Shown: piece by piece, positions 10,552 to 20,906 of the stretch
Layout: every line of letters begins with the position of its first letter
Numbering within the stretch: the first letter of the stretch is position 1
NCBI GenBank assembly: GCA_949289345.1
Contig: CASENS010000035.1
Location: 5,803 to 69,802 of the forward strand
DNA from: an uncultured Bacteroides sp.
GTDB lineage: Bacteria; Bacteroidota; Bacteroidia; Bacteroidales; Bacteroidaceae
Length of the DNA: 64,000 bases
Reading direction: 5' to 3'
The notes under the pieces: generated by a model
The model's input: the letters and a program-made list of their open reading frames with translations, nothing else
Databases searched by the model: none
Told to the model about the DNA's origin: nothing
Program-made: the position numbers and the translations under genes

Positions 10552-11085
10552 ATGGCACTAATCAAATCAGTAAGAGGCTTCACGCCCGAAATAGGAGAGA
10601 ATTGTTTTCTGGCAGACAATGCCACGATTATCGGTGATGTAAAAATGGGACGCGACTGTAGCGTATGGTTCAACACCGTATTGCGGGGCGACGTCAACTC
10701 CATCCGCATCGGCAACGGAGTGAACATACAGGACGGAAGCGTGCTGCACACACTTTACGAGAAATCCACCATCGAGATAGGCGACCACGTGTCCATCGGA
10801 CACAATGTCACCATCCACGGTGCCACTGTGAGGGACTATGCCCTGATAGGCATGGGAGCCACCGTCCTCGACCATGCCGTTGTAGGCGAAGGCGCCATCG
10901 TAGCCGCAGGTTCCTTAGTACTGAGTCACACAATCATCGAACCGGGCAGCATTTGGGGAGGCGTTCCCGCCAAGTTCATCAAGAAGGTAGACCCCGAACA
11001 GGCCAAAGAACTGAACCAGAAGATTGCACACAACTATCTGATGTATGCCGGATGGTATCAAGGACAGGATGCGGGCCAAGAGTAA
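10552..11085 (+). CDS. Gamma-carbonic-anhydrase-like / left-handed beta-helix (hexapeptide repeat) protein
   Basis: 177 aa. FLADNATIIGDVKMGRDCSVWFNTVLRGDVNSIRIGNGVNIQDGSVLH...IGHNVTIHGATV is the typical YrdA/PaaY-type LbH pattern. Confidence 0.85.
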   Translation: MALIKSVRGFTPEIGENCFLADNATIIGDVKMGRDCSVWFNTVLRGDVNSIRIGNGVNIQDGSVLHTLYEKSTIEIGDHVSIGHNVTIHGATVRDYALIGMGATVLDHAVVGEGAIVAAGSLVLSHTIIEPGSIWGGVPAKFIKKVDPEQAKELNQKIAHNYLMYAGWYQGQDAGQE

Positions 11086-11169
11086 ACAGGACCGATTTCC
11101 CAGTTATAAATCCATACAAATCGTCTACAATTCCACACAAAGTCAAAAGGTAGGCTACTAACCTAAATG

Positions 11170-11234
11170 CCGAATGTTTCTAACCTAATGGGGGTATGTT
11201 AGAAACATTCGACCCTTAGGTTAGAAACATTCGG
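11170..11234. repeat. Three-arm inverted-repeat element, copy E1 (one forward arm, two reverse arms)
   Basis: Arm 1 ccGAATGTTTCTAACctaa (11170-11188). Arm 2 GTTAGAAACATTCg (11198-11211). Arm 3 ttagGTTAGAAACATTCgg (11216-11234). Arms 1 and 3 are a perfect 19-nt inverted repeat. The element sits between convergent gene ends (11085 and 11328). The same architecture recurs at 33772-33834. Confidence 0.8.
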
Positions 11235-11327
11235 AAATCACGCTCAGAAGTGCTTCTGACAAGGTGGAAAACAGCACGCCTTCTCCTTAGTTACAATTCT
11301 TTACAACAAGCAGAGTTTCCACCCTGT

Positions 11328-14261
11328 TTACCGCAAATAGGCTTCGGCACGTCCCGGTGTGTACAGTTCCCACAAGGAAGCCACCGTCCAGCCCGGTGCG
11401 AAGATGTTGTTGTAATAGCCCTTTCCGTTGCGGCCATAGTCCCAATTGGTGTGCTGCACCACTTCCGGATAATAACCGGGCTTGGCTACGCCACACAAAT
11501 GGCCTTCACAAGGCAACAACTGACGCATGGAAGTGGACATCAGTTCTGCCATTGAAGCGAAACGTTCGTCACCGTATTGCCGGGAAAGCCAGCGCAACAC
11601 GTCAGCGAACTCAAAGACAAAGACATCAATATGATTATTCTCTACCGACACGTTGCCCCAACCGCGTGTCTGTAATCCAATGTCGCCCAACATCTGCCCC
11701 TCGGCAAAAGGAACATCCCACAGGTAATACCACGACAGGGCGAAATAAGCCGCCTTACGGCATAGCTCGGCATAGTGACGATTTTCCTCACCCTTCGTCA
11801 CCAAAGCCAGATAATACGTGGCAGTGGCGGCATAGAGCGAAGCTTCCTTATCCTCGCAGTTGGCGTCGAGCGTGGACGAGAAATAGTCCGCTTTGGAAAT
11901 AAGTTCCTTTTCTAAATACTCTGCCGTCCGTTTGGCTGCAACCAAATAACGTTTGTCGCCAAAATACTTGTAAGCCATTACTAAAGGCAACGTAGCCGAC
12001 GGCGTACTGCCACCCGTAGAGTCCACAAGTGACAAATCATCCCGGAACTTACGCGGAAAGCTACCGTCCCCGTTCTGCAAACGCAGGAAGAGGTCAAGCA
12101 TGTTACGTACCCTTGCCTCCCACTCCGTGTGGCGGCGTCCTTGCTCCCGCTCATAGCGCAGGTAGTGAAGCATGGCATATAGGCCTTCGGACTGACGGCG
12201 CACGCTGAGTGTCTTTTCCTCCGTACCTTTGTCAAAATCCACATACTCACGGAAGAAGCCGGCCGTGGTAAAGCCGTTCTTCAGGTAAGTGTCGAACACT
12301 TTCCGGCTATTGGCCTTCAAGTCCTCACGTCCGTTCAGCCAGCCATATTCCCAGGCATTGAACGCATTGAGCAGCGTCCGGCCGATAAATCCCACTTCCG
12401 CTATGCCTTTCGCCTGGCAATCGTCCACACGGATATGCGCCCCGGAGTTATAAGCCAACGGATAGCGGTTCACAAAGCTGGCAGTGAAGTAATCGCACAA
12501 GGCGTCTTTCACTTGACTGGCCGAATAGATTGTATCCACCGCTGCGGGACGATAGGTATCGTAACTGTATTCCCACGTCCTACTGATGAAGTCTGAGTAA
12601 TCCGCGGCGGAACCTTCCTTCACTTCCCAAGTCAGCGTGATGCTCTCTCCTTCCTTCAGCGACTGAAAAGCTTTCACTTCGGGAGCCAAAGTCAGCTTAC
12701 GGATATAGCTTTTCGGCGCCTCACGGTAAGGGAAACCGAAAGCAAGGACAGTGAAGCCGCCACAGTTCTCAAAACCGGTAAAGCCTAACGAGGTACTGCC
12801 CGAAAGGATGACTTCGCCTTCCTTATGTGTCGTCAGCACATCTTTATCCAGCTTGTCCAGCCGGCTTACTAACCACGAGTGCCCGTTCTTCTCGTTGAAG
12901 ACACCCGTCAGCGGCGCACTTAGACGGTCCTCACGCACCACCCAACTGTCCGACGTATGAAACGAAGGAGCCCCCTGCGGAGAGCGGAGGTTGCGGCGAT
13001 ACCAGAAACCGGGCAGATAGAACTGACAGTCAGTATGAGTAAAGCCGGTATTCAGTTGCTGGCTGAAATTGAAATATACATCCTTCAAGGCCGTGATTTG
13101 TGTCTTCAACACCATGCTGCCGTCAGCCGGTTCCACTTTCTGGAGGATCATCACCGGCAGCTTGCCATCCGCCTTCCATTCGTAGTCAAAATAAGAATCC
13201 GCCAAACGTACGCAACGCAAAGCGTAATCGTCAGCGGGATTGCCGGGAACTTTCAAGGACAACGTGGCCTGCATGCGCTCCGACAGGAAAACAGGCCGTT
13301 CAGCCTCCGTAGAAGCTGAAACGTTCTTTACCTCAGGCCAGCCGTTTTTCCACTCCACACAATCCAACAGCAGTACGCGACCATGTGGATTGACGGCATC
13401 CACTCCATGATACAGAATCCAATCCTGCCCCATGTCGTCTGTCACCAGTTCGGCATTGTGTCCGGTTCCTACAAAACGCCCGTTTCTGCCTATCAGCAGT
13501 TCATGATGGTTTTCCATCATTCCCTTGCCTTGCTTGTCCACATAAGGTCCCCACAACGAACGGGAACGCCCTACCACCGTTTGGTATGTACTCTTCACCC
13601 CTTCGCAACAGGTTCCGGTTGAAGCAAAGAGATAGTAATAACCGTCACGTTTATGAATGTACGTACCCTCGTAGGCCGTTCCGGCAATCTGTCTTTTCTC
13701 GCCTCCGGGTTTCAGAGCCAGCCCGTCGTCTGTCAGTTCCGCACCATAAATGCCCCGGAAGCTACCCCAAAACAGGTACTTCTTCCCTTCATCCTCGATG
13801 TAGAAAGGGTCGATACAATTCTGTATGCCAATACCGTTGCTGCGGAACATCATTCCATGGTCCTTGAAAGGACCTGCCGGACTGTCTGCGGTGGCGACAC
13901 CGATACCGCAAGTCCACTCCTGCCCCCAACGGGACATGGAATAATACAACACATAGTTATCACCTATCCGGTTAATGTCGGGCGCCCACAGTCCTCCTTT
14001 CGGTTCAAACGTGGGACGCGTTTCCTTTGTAAAAGCCGTACCGACAAACTCCCAATCCACTAAGTTCTTAGAACGATGGATAGGGAGGTTACGGATATCC
14101 TCCGTGGCATACAGGTAATAGTACCCGTCCTCTCCTTGAATAACAGAAGGGTCGGGCAGGCTGTAGTCCACCACCGGATTGCGGTAACCTGTATCAGTTT
14201 CCCCTGCCATGAGGCAAGTGCTCACGGCAAGGGAAATTCCTAAAAACAATCTTTTCAACAT
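11328..14261 (-). CDS. GH43-family glycoside hydrolase domain fused to a ~630-aa uncharacterised C-terminal region
   Basis: 977 aa with a signal peptide. The N-terminal ~330 aa read YRNPVVDYSLPDPSVIQGEDGYYYLYATED ... GLWAPDINRIGDNYVLYYS ... IDPFYIEDEGKKYLFWGSF ... AYEGTYIHKRDGYYYLFAS, the GH43 five-bladed-propeller signature. I could not assign the remaining residues to a family by eye. Confidence 0.8.
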   Translation of the reverse strand: MLKRLFLGISLAVSTCLMAGETDTGYRNPVVDYSLPDPSVIQGEDGYYYLYATEDIRNLPIHRSKNLVDWEFVGTAFTKETRPTFEPKGGLWAPDINRIGDNYVLYYSMSRWGQEWTCGIGVATADSPAGPFKDHGMMFRSNGIGIQNCIDPFYIEDEGKKYLFWGSFRGIYGAELTDDGLALKPGGEKRQIAGTAYEGTYIHKRDGYYYLFASTGTCCEGVKSTYQTVVGRSRSLWGPYVDKQGKGMMENHHELLIGRNGRFVGTGHNAELVTDDMGQDWILYHGVDAVNPHGRVLLLDCVEWKNGWPEVKNVSASTEAERPVFLSERMQATLSLKVPGNPADDYALRCVRLADSYFDYEWKADGKLPVMILQKVEPADGSMVLKTQITALKDVYFNFSQQLNTGFTHTDCQFYLPGFWYRRNLRSPQGAPSFHTSDSWVVREDRLSAPLTGVFNEKNGHSWLVSRLDKLDKDVLTTHKEGEVILSGSTSLGFTGFENCGGFTVLAFGFPYREAPKSYIRKLTLAPEVKAFQSLKEGESITLTWEVKEGSAADYSDFISRTWEYSYDTYRPAAVDTIYSASQVKDALCDYFTASFVNRYPLAYNSGAHIRVDDCQAKGIAEVGFIGRTLLNAFNAWEYGWLNGREDLKANSRKVFDTYLKNGFTTAGFFREYVDFDKGTEEKTLSVRRQSEGLYAMLHYLRYEREQGRRHTEWEARVRNMLDLFLRLQNGDGSFPRKFRDDLSLVDSTGGSTPSATLPLVMAYKYFGDKRYLVAAKRTAEYLEKELISKADYFSSTLDANCEDKEASLYAATATYYLALVTKGEENRHYAELCRKAAYFALSWYYLWDVPFAEGQMLGDIGLQTRGWGNVSVENNHIDVFVFEFADVLRWLSRQYGDERFASMAELMSTSMRQLLPCEGHLCGVAKPGYYPEVVQHTNWDYGRNGKGYYNNIFAPGWTVASLWELYTPGRAEAYLR

Positions 14262-14278
14262 AACCTTTAAACCTTAAA

Positions 14279-15325
14279 TCATCCACATACCGGCGCTTCC
14301 GCCTCACTGGAAGGACTGCTGTTCATTACTTGCGGCCAGCCGTCTTCAGTCCAAGTGATGCGGTCCAGCATCAGGAAGCGGCCTTTCTTGGGTGTCATCC
14401 GGTCATAGCTGTGATACAGCAGGAAGTCATTACCTTCACTGTCCGTCACAATTTCCGAATTATGTCCCGGACCGACGAAATGGTCGTTCGCACGAATGAC
14501 CACATCATATCCGTTGTCCAACATCGGCACGCCCGACTTGGAGACATACGGTCCTAACAGTGATTCCGAACGGCCTACCACCATCGTATACGTGCTCAGC
14601 ATGGCGTTGCAGCAGGCACCTACCGAAGCGAACATGTAGTAGTAATTACCCCGCTTGTAGATGTAAGGAGCTTCGAAAGCTGTTCCTGCCACCTGGATAC
14701 GGTTCTTCTTGGCAGCTTCAATGTCTCCATTCACCACATTCATGCCATCGTCCGACAACTGCACTGCGTAAATGCCGTTAAAACTTCCCCAAAACAGCCA
14801 CTTCTTACCGTCTTCTTCAAAGAAACAAGGATCGATGGAGTTGCGCACATTGATTTCATTGGAGGTGAAAAGCAATCCTTTCCCGTCACGCGACTTGTCC
14901 AGTTTGAACGGTCCTGCAGGCGAGTCGGCATATGCCGTACCCAGAGCGGCCTCGGCAGGTTTACCCATGGCGGACATGGCATAGTAAAGCACATACTTGT
15001 CACCTATCTTCTCAATGTCCGGTGCCCATACCGACACGCCCGAACCAGTCACAAACGATGGCCGTTTCTCGAACAGGTTCTGATCCAGCTTGGTCCAGTT
15101 CACCAAGTCGGTGGAATGCAATGCCTGCCAGGTATTCGTGCAATACACGTAGAAAGAATGGTCATTTTCTTTCCACACCGTAGGGTCAGCCGCACTATAG
15201 TCGGTCAGCGGATTTGAATACGGATTTTTTAAATTCTCGTTTGTGTTTTTTTCGTTATCCGAGCAGGATGCAAAGACACCTGTCAGCAGAGCCAAAGCGC
15301 CTATATACAGATAATTCTTATTCAT
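14279..15325 (-). CDS. GH43-family glycoside hydrolase (lipoprotein)
   Basis: The track ORF runs to 15400. I prefer the ATG at 15325 (CAT 15323-15325), which gives MNKNYLYIGALALLTGVFASCSD, a lipobox. GH43 motifs: ADPTVWKENDHSFYVY, VWAPDIEKIGDKYVLYY, IDPCFFEEDGKKWLFWGSF, FEAPYIYKRGNYYYMFAS. Confidence 0.9.
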   Translation of the reverse strand: MNKNYLYIGALALLTGVFASCSDNEKNTNENLKNPYSNPLTDYSAADPTVWKENDHSFYVYCTNTWQALHSTDLVNWTKLDQNLFEKRPSFVTGSGVSVWAPDIEKIGDKYVLYYAMSAMGKPAEAALGTAYADSPAGPFKLDKSRDGKGLLFTSNEINVRNSIDPCFFEEDGKKWLFWGSFNGIYAVQLSDDGMNVVNGDIEAAKKNRIQVAGTAFEAPYIYKRGNYYYMFASVGACCNAMLSTYTMVVGRSESLLGPYVSKSGVPMLDNGYDVVIRANDHFVGPGHNSEIVTDSEGNDFLLYHSYDRMTPKKGRFLMLDRITWTEDGWPQVMNSSPSSEAEAPVCG

Positions 15326-15442
15326 AAAAAATTTAATAAAAATGCGTTTATTTAAAAAGAGACACAGAGACACCGTGTTTTTCCGGGAGACAAAAGCCAA
15401 TCGAAAAATCCGCTGTGTCTTTGTGTCTCTGTATTCTCGTCA

Positions 15443-17272
15443 TTAATTACCGGCTCGCGCGTCCAGTTCTTCTACCGGAATATTGTCCTCATAGCCATCG
15501 TAGCCATAATTCTGGTTGATGCGGCCTTGTGTGTTGGATTCGATAGCATTCTGCGGGATGGGCCACAATACGTGGTAAGGCTCCATGACGAAGGCATTCG
15601 TATCATAGAAGTATTGTTCCGCAAAGAAGTTGTTCTTCGCCATCACACGGTCGTAGTACCAGTTCTTCTCCGAGAAGTTCTCCAACGAGTAACCGTCAAT
15701 GCCTTGTTTGGCTTTCAAGTAAGCCACACGGGTCAACTCCGTCTTACGGTGGTCTTCCAAGAACAGTTCACGGGCACGCTCGTCAAAGATTTGTTCCAAT
15801 GTAACGGTTCCCGCGGGATACTCGGGAGCGTTGACACGACGGCGGATAGTATTGACATCCTCCGTTGCACCGGTCAAGTCGCCTTGCCACCAGCGTGCCT
15901 CAGCACGGTTCAGATAAGTCTCAGCCAGACGGTAGATGTATTGGTCTGTAAAACCGCCTGTAGGTACTTTGCCGCCGGCCTTGGGGTCATCCTTGTCAAT
16001 CAGCACTTTTACGATAGGGAAAGAGAAATAGCAACGCATGGTATCCGTCACGTAAGCCGGATCTACCGGTTTGCCGAACCATTCGGCACTACCGCCCGCG
16101 CTTGCCGGACGATTGTAATAAATGCGTGACTTGTCGAACCAGTTGTTATCATTGTGGCGCATATCGTTGCCACAGTTGCTCCACAGTTCATATTGGAAAT
16201 AGTTGCTCGGACGGAGTTTTGCCAAGCCACGACCCAAGTACTCCAATTGCTCATAACCGTCGTAGATACCGGAAGCGTCTGAGCATCCCGGCTTACCATC
16301 CGGAGTTTTTACTTTAGCGTTGTCATACCAACGGGGAACGTAATTACGTTTACGCTGTGAGCCACCACCCGAAGCGTTACCTTCCAGACCATAACGTTCC
16401 TGAGCTACAAAAATGGCCTCCTTGTTATCGGTACGGCTGATGTTGTCCTCGTCAAACAGGTCATTAAATACATCCAACGAAGCATTGTCCGCATTAACAC
16501 CAAAGCGTTCTGTCATCAAGTGCAGGCCGTGGTTATTGATGACATTGTTACACATCTCTTCGGCTTTCTGGAATTCACCCAACGCCAAGTAGATTTTCGA
16601 CAACAGATGTTCACCCGCAGCACGATTTACACAACCAAATTCGACTGACTCAGGCAACCATTGTGCGGCAAACTCCATATCGGTCTTGATGTGCTCCAAG
16701 ATATTCCAACGGGAAGTGGTGTTGAAGTCCAGCTTCGGTCCAGTGATTTCTTCTCCAATCCAAGGCACATCCCCAAACTGATGAACCAACAGATAGTACC
16801 AATAAGCACGGTGAAAATAGCCTTCCGCCAATACAGCGTTGCGGTCTTCTTCCGAAGCCATGCCGGTAGCCTCCGCCGAACGGGTGATGACTGTATTAGC
16901 ATACTTAATACCGTTCCAGCCCCACACCCAGTAACGCAAATGCAGATACATGTTTGTGGTAGGGGTCAGTTGCGTTACCATGTTATGTATCTCCTTTGTC
17001 TCCGGACCACCAATGACACCTATGTCCGACCATGCGTATTCATACACGGCAAATGCATCACAGTTTTTTGAGCCAAACGCATCGCCAAACCACTCAAATT
17101 TAATTTGCTTACGGCACAGGCGGAGCATGGTCTCCAGACCGTCACGATCCACAAACGTGTTTTCAGGTGTCAAGAAAGACATCGGTTCGGGGGTCAAATC
17201 TACACAACCCGACAAACCGGCGGCCAACAAACAAGCCGCTACGCCTTTTGCTATATATTTTTTTGTTTTCAT
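15443..17272 (-). CDS. SusD/RagB-family outer-membrane lipoprotein
   Basis: 609 aa. Lipobox LSGCVDLTPEP and the SusD-like stretch EGYFHRAYWYYLLVHQFGDVPWI. It lies immediately downstream of a SusC on the same strand. Confidence 0.92.
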   Translation of the reverse strand: MKTKKYIAKGVAACLLAAGLSGCVDLTPEPMSFLTPENTFVDRDGLETMLRLCRKQIKFEWFGDAFGSKNCDAFAVYEYAWSDIGVIGGPETKEIHNMVTQLTPTTNMYLHLRYWVWGWNGIKYANTVITRSAEATGMASEEDRNAVLAEGYFHRAYWYYLLVHQFGDVPWIGEEITGPKLDFNTTSRWNILEHIKTDMEFAAQWLPESVEFGCVNRAAGEHLLSKIYLALGEFQKAEEMCNNVINNHGLHLMTERFGVNADNASLDVFNDLFDEDNISRTDNKEAIFVAQERYGLEGNASGGGSQRKRNYVPRWYDNAKVKTPDGKPGCSDASGIYDGYEQLEYLGRGLAKLRPSNYFQYELWSNCGNDMRHNDNNWFDKSRIYYNRPASAGGSAEWFGKPVDPAYVTDTMRCYFSFPIVKVLIDKDDPKAGGKVPTGGFTDQYIYRLAETYLNRAEARWWQGDLTGATEDVNTIRRRVNAPEYPAGTVTLEQIFDERARELFLEDHRKTELTRVAYLKAKQGIDGYSLENFSEKNWYYDRVMAKNNFFAEQYFYDTNAFVMEPYHVLWPIPQNAIESNTQGRINQNYGYDGYEDNIPVEELDARAGN

Positions 17273-17310
17273 TTCGATTTTAATTTGGTATGATAGTTAA
17301 TGTTTCTTGG

Positions 17311-20300
17311 TTACAAAGTCATGTTTACACCGAACGTCCAAACTCGCGGTGAAATGGCGTCCATTACCGGGTCTGATTTACGCCAGCCAGAAATGGTGAA
17401 TGCATTATCCACATTGACACTGACACGCAAGTTCTCAATCTGTAACTTTTTCACCAGTTGTTTCGGGAAAGTATAAGATAATTGCATATTTTGCATCTTC
17501 ATAAAGCTACGGTTCTTCCAAATGTTCACGGTCGGGTTACCACAGTCAGCACCTAAGCGCGCATATTCCGTACTCGGATTCCATGGCGTCCAATATTCGT
17601 TCCATACGGAGTTGGAGGTATTGAAGAAACGGTTGTCCTCATTACGTGCCGTGTTGTCCACAGCTTTCCAACCGAACTCACCACGCAGAGTGAAAGAGAA
17701 GTTAACGCAATTCCACAAATCCAAACTACTGGTGATGTTCAAACGGTGAGTCGGAGTCTTGGAACCTAACCATTGTTTATCGTCATCATTGATAACGCCG
17801 TTACCATCCACGTCTTCCAATTTGGGATCACCCGGCTGTTTACCGTATTTATCGGCTTCGGCCTCTTCGCCCAATTGCCAGATGCCGATGTACTTATAGT
17901 CGTAGATGTCATCAATACCGTGACCGATGTACCAACCATTCTGCACATCATCGTCCTCACGCTGGCCTATCACGTTGCCGTCAGCGTCCAGCACATCCAC
18001 CATGTTGCCATACAGGTGTTTGATTTCATTCTTATTCTTCGAGTAGATAAACGAAGTAGTCCAATGTACCTTATTCGGGATATGGATATTGGTAGTCGTC
18101 AAGGTTACTTCCACACCTTTGTTATCCACCTGTCCTAAGTTGGAAGCGATTGAACCATAACCGGAAATAGAAGGCATGGCACGGTCCATCAGCAAATCCG
18201 TTGTCTTGTTCCAATACAAATCCACCATACCTGTGATGCGGTTGTTCAGCACGCCAAAATCTAGACCGAGGTTGCGTCCCGTTGTGGTCTCCCACTTCAA
18301 GTTACGGTTAGCCAAAGTATTGGGATATACAGCTTTATAGTTTACACCACCAATAATAGCGTTCGTAATATTCAACTGTGCGAAAGCGGCGTAACGACCG
18401 ATGTCACGGTTACCGTTCTGTCCCCAAGAGAAGCGCAGTTTTAAGTTATCCAACCAATCAGCACTGTCCAAAAATTTCTCCTCACTAATACGCCAAGCCA
18501 AAGCAGCAGAAGGGAACACACCATAAGGATCGTTCTGACCGAAAGCAGAGAAACCATCGCGACGTACAGCCGCCGTCAACAGGTAGCGATCCATCAACGA
18601 ATAATTCACACGCCACAACAGACCGTTACCCGTCTGCATTTCATCTTTTGAAGTTACAGTCGGCGTAATACCGGACTGAATGGCATGGTAAATCAAGTTA
18701 CCGTTAGGTTGGAAGCCTTCGTTATTACCCGTTGAATCCCAATTCTGATATTTTTCAGCTGTATATACAAAAGTAAAGTCCACGTTGTGGATATCATTGA
18801 ACGTACGGTTCCACTTCAACATGTTATCCACGCTCCATTCTGAATCTGAGTAATCGCGACGTTTTGCCTTACCACCTGCTACCACGCTCGGTTTGATGTC
18901 CGAGTCAAAGTAATAGTCCTTAATCCAACCGTAACGTACATTGAACGTTGTTTGCCAAGAGAAGCCCCAAGGCAATGTTACCTTACCATACACACTGGCT
19001 GTAAAGGTCTGCGTCTTATTCAACTTGCTGTCCACGGTATGAGCCAACAGAGGATTAGTTGTACGATTATCGTTGGCAGGTCTCACTTTGATGCTACCAT
19101 CTTCTTCCCACATGTTACCGAAGGGACTCTGCGCTCTAGCAGCTGAAACATCGGCAGCAATACCGCTCTGATCCTTATCTGCGAACTGGGCGTTCAAACC
19201 CAAATTCAACCATTTCGTTACTTCCGTATCCAAATTGATGCGGGCACGTACAGTTTTGAAATAATCACCCACCTTGATACCGTCGTTATTCGTATAACCT
19301 AAAGAGAAGTAATAATTTGTACGTTCATTCTTACCGGAAACAGAAGCGTTGTAATCCTGACGAATACCATTCTGCAACACCAAGTCCATCCAATCTGTAT
19401 ACTTGCCAGCTTTATAATTCTCAATTTCCAAAGGATCGAAACCTAAACGGTTCAACCATGTACCAACGTAGTCACCATCGAACGAAGCGTCATAGCCCGC
19501 CCACATGTCCTGCGTCACACCTTCAGGCAAATTGTTAGGATTATCATAGTAACCAGTCGGCTTCTGCGAACTGCTGGGATTGAAGTAATCCATCGTTTTC
19601 CAATAGTCCATACGGCGCTGCACGTATTGTTCGGGAGTAGGCATCTCCTGCACAAACGTCGGCTGAGCGACACCTAACCTTGCACTAACATTAATAACCG
19701 GTTTGCCCTCCTTACCACGCTTAGTGTTGATCATAATTACACCAGCCGAACCTTTGGCACCGTAAATGGCCGTAGAGCTGGCGTCCTTCAATACGTCCAT
19801 GCTTTCGATATCGTTCGGATTGATGTCTTCCAACTTACCATAGAATACCACTCCGTCCAACACGATCAATGGACTTGTACTTGCCTTCAAAGACTGTTTA
19901 CCACGAATCAGCATTGTACCACCACCGGCTGCGTCAGCGGAAGGCGTCAAGTTCACACCGGCAATCGTACCAGAAAGGAACTCCAAAGGGTTAGTAGCCA
20001 CACGGTTCTGCGTTACTTCGTCACCGATGTGCGAAACCGAACCGGTCAAGTCCTTACGCTTCATCGTACCGTAACCTACTACCACTACTTCGTCCAACAT
20101 CTCGTTGTCTTCAGCCAGCGTCACGTCCAGCGTGTTCACGTTTGCTTCCAACACTTTCTCTTGTGTCTTATATCCAATAAAGGAGAAGACCAATGTAACC
20201 TGTTTTTGGGGAAGGCGGAGGTGATAACGTCCGTCGATGTCGGAGATAGAACCCGTAGTAGCATCCCCCTTTACCGTTACATTCACACCGATGACCGGCT

Positions 20301-20433
20301 CACCGGTAGCATCCTTAATAACGCCCGAAACGTCCCGGAAAGACTGGGCTTGTACAAACACTGCTGACATGAAGAAAAGCAACAACAAAGCGCCTTTCCG
20401 AGTCAAAAAATCAATCAGAATCTTTCGTCTCAT
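17311..20433 (-). CDS. SusC/RagA-family TonB-dependent outer-membrane transporter
   Basis: 1040 aa. GVIKDATGEPVIGVNVTVKGDATTGSISDIDGRYHL, plug VVVVGYGTMKRKDLTGSV, and a C-terminal aromatic-type end (...GVNMTL). There is no N-terminal STN/anti-sigma-type extension. Confidence 0.95.
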   Translation of the reverse strand: MRRKILIDFLTRKGALLLLFFMSAVFVQAQSFRDVSGVIKDATGEPVIGVNVTVKGDATTGSISDIDGRYHLRLPQKQVTLVFSFIGYKTQEKVLEANVNTLDVTLAEDNEMLDEVVVVGYGTMKRKDLTGSVSHIGDEVTQNRVATNPLEFLSGTIAGVNLTPSADAAGGGTMLIRGKQSLKASTSPLIVLDGVVFYGKLEDINPNDIESMDVLKDASSTAIYGAKGSAGVIMINTKRGKEGKPVINVSARLGVAQPTFVQEMPTPEQYVQRRMDYWKTMDYFNPSSSQKPTGYYDNPNNLPEGVTQDMWAGYDASFDGDYVGTWLNRLGFDPLEIENYKAGKYTDWMDLVLQNGIRQDYNASVSGKNERTNYYFSLGYTNNDGIKVGDYFKTVRARINLDTEVTKWLNLGLNAQFADKDQSGIAADVSAARAQSPFGNMWEEDGSIKVRPANDNRTTNPLLAHTVDSKLNKTQTFTASVYGKVTLPWGFSWQTTFNVRYGWIKDYYFDSDIKPSVVAGGKAKRRDYSDSEWSVDNMLKWNRTFNDIHNVDFTFVYTAEKYQNWDSTGNNEGFQPNGNLIYHAIQSGITPTVTSKDEMQTGNGLLWRVNYSLMDRYLLTAAVRRDGFSAFGQNDPYGVFPSAALAWRISEEKFLDSADWLDNLKLRFSWGQNGNRDIGRYAAFAQLNITNAIIGGVNYKAVYPNTLANRNLKWETTTGRNLGLDFGVLNNRITGMVDLYWNKTTDLLMDRAMPSISGYGSIASNLGQVDNKGVEVTLTTTNIHIPNKVHWTTSFIYSKNKNEIKHLYGNMVDVLDADGNVIGQREDDDVQNGWYIGHGIDDIYDYKYIGIWQLGEEAEADKYGKQPGDPKLEDVDGNGVINDDDKQWLGSKTPTHRLNITSSLDLWNCVNFSFTLRGEFGWKAVDNTARNEDNRFFNTSNSVWNEYWTPWNPSTEYARLGADCGNPTVNIWKNRSFMKMQNMQLSYTFPKQLVKKLQIENLRVSVNVDNAFTISGWRKSDPVMDAISPRVWTFGVNMTL

Positions 20434-20906
20434 GATATTAAAATTAAAAACTCATGTTAGTAAAATATTAGTTTATAAACTCCATATTTTCGCTTTCAGC
20501 ACTGCGAAAGTAGTGCAAAAGAGGAATAAGAAATAGCACAAAAATCCCTAAAAAAAGAAATAATGTCCCAAAACAGAGAGTTGGGACGGGATTTGGAGGA
20601 CTTGGGACGATTGTAAAGCACCGGCTGCATGGTTCATACAGACCTGAGACAGAAAAACGCGTACCTGCCTGCTGACATAAAAAAGGCATACACACTTAAG
20701 GCCGGAAAAACGGTCGCAAAAGCATCCAAGGAGAAATGGTAAAGTATCATTGGATAAATGGCAAAGTATGCAATAATAATCGGGCGAGTAAGGAATGACA
20801 CTTAGAAATAGCAAAACCGGCTTGTCCGGGACAGAAATATAAAAGAGGATGGCACCAAGCGGCCCCACCCCCTTCTTCGCAGTATATACAATGAAAAAAG
20901 AAAAAA

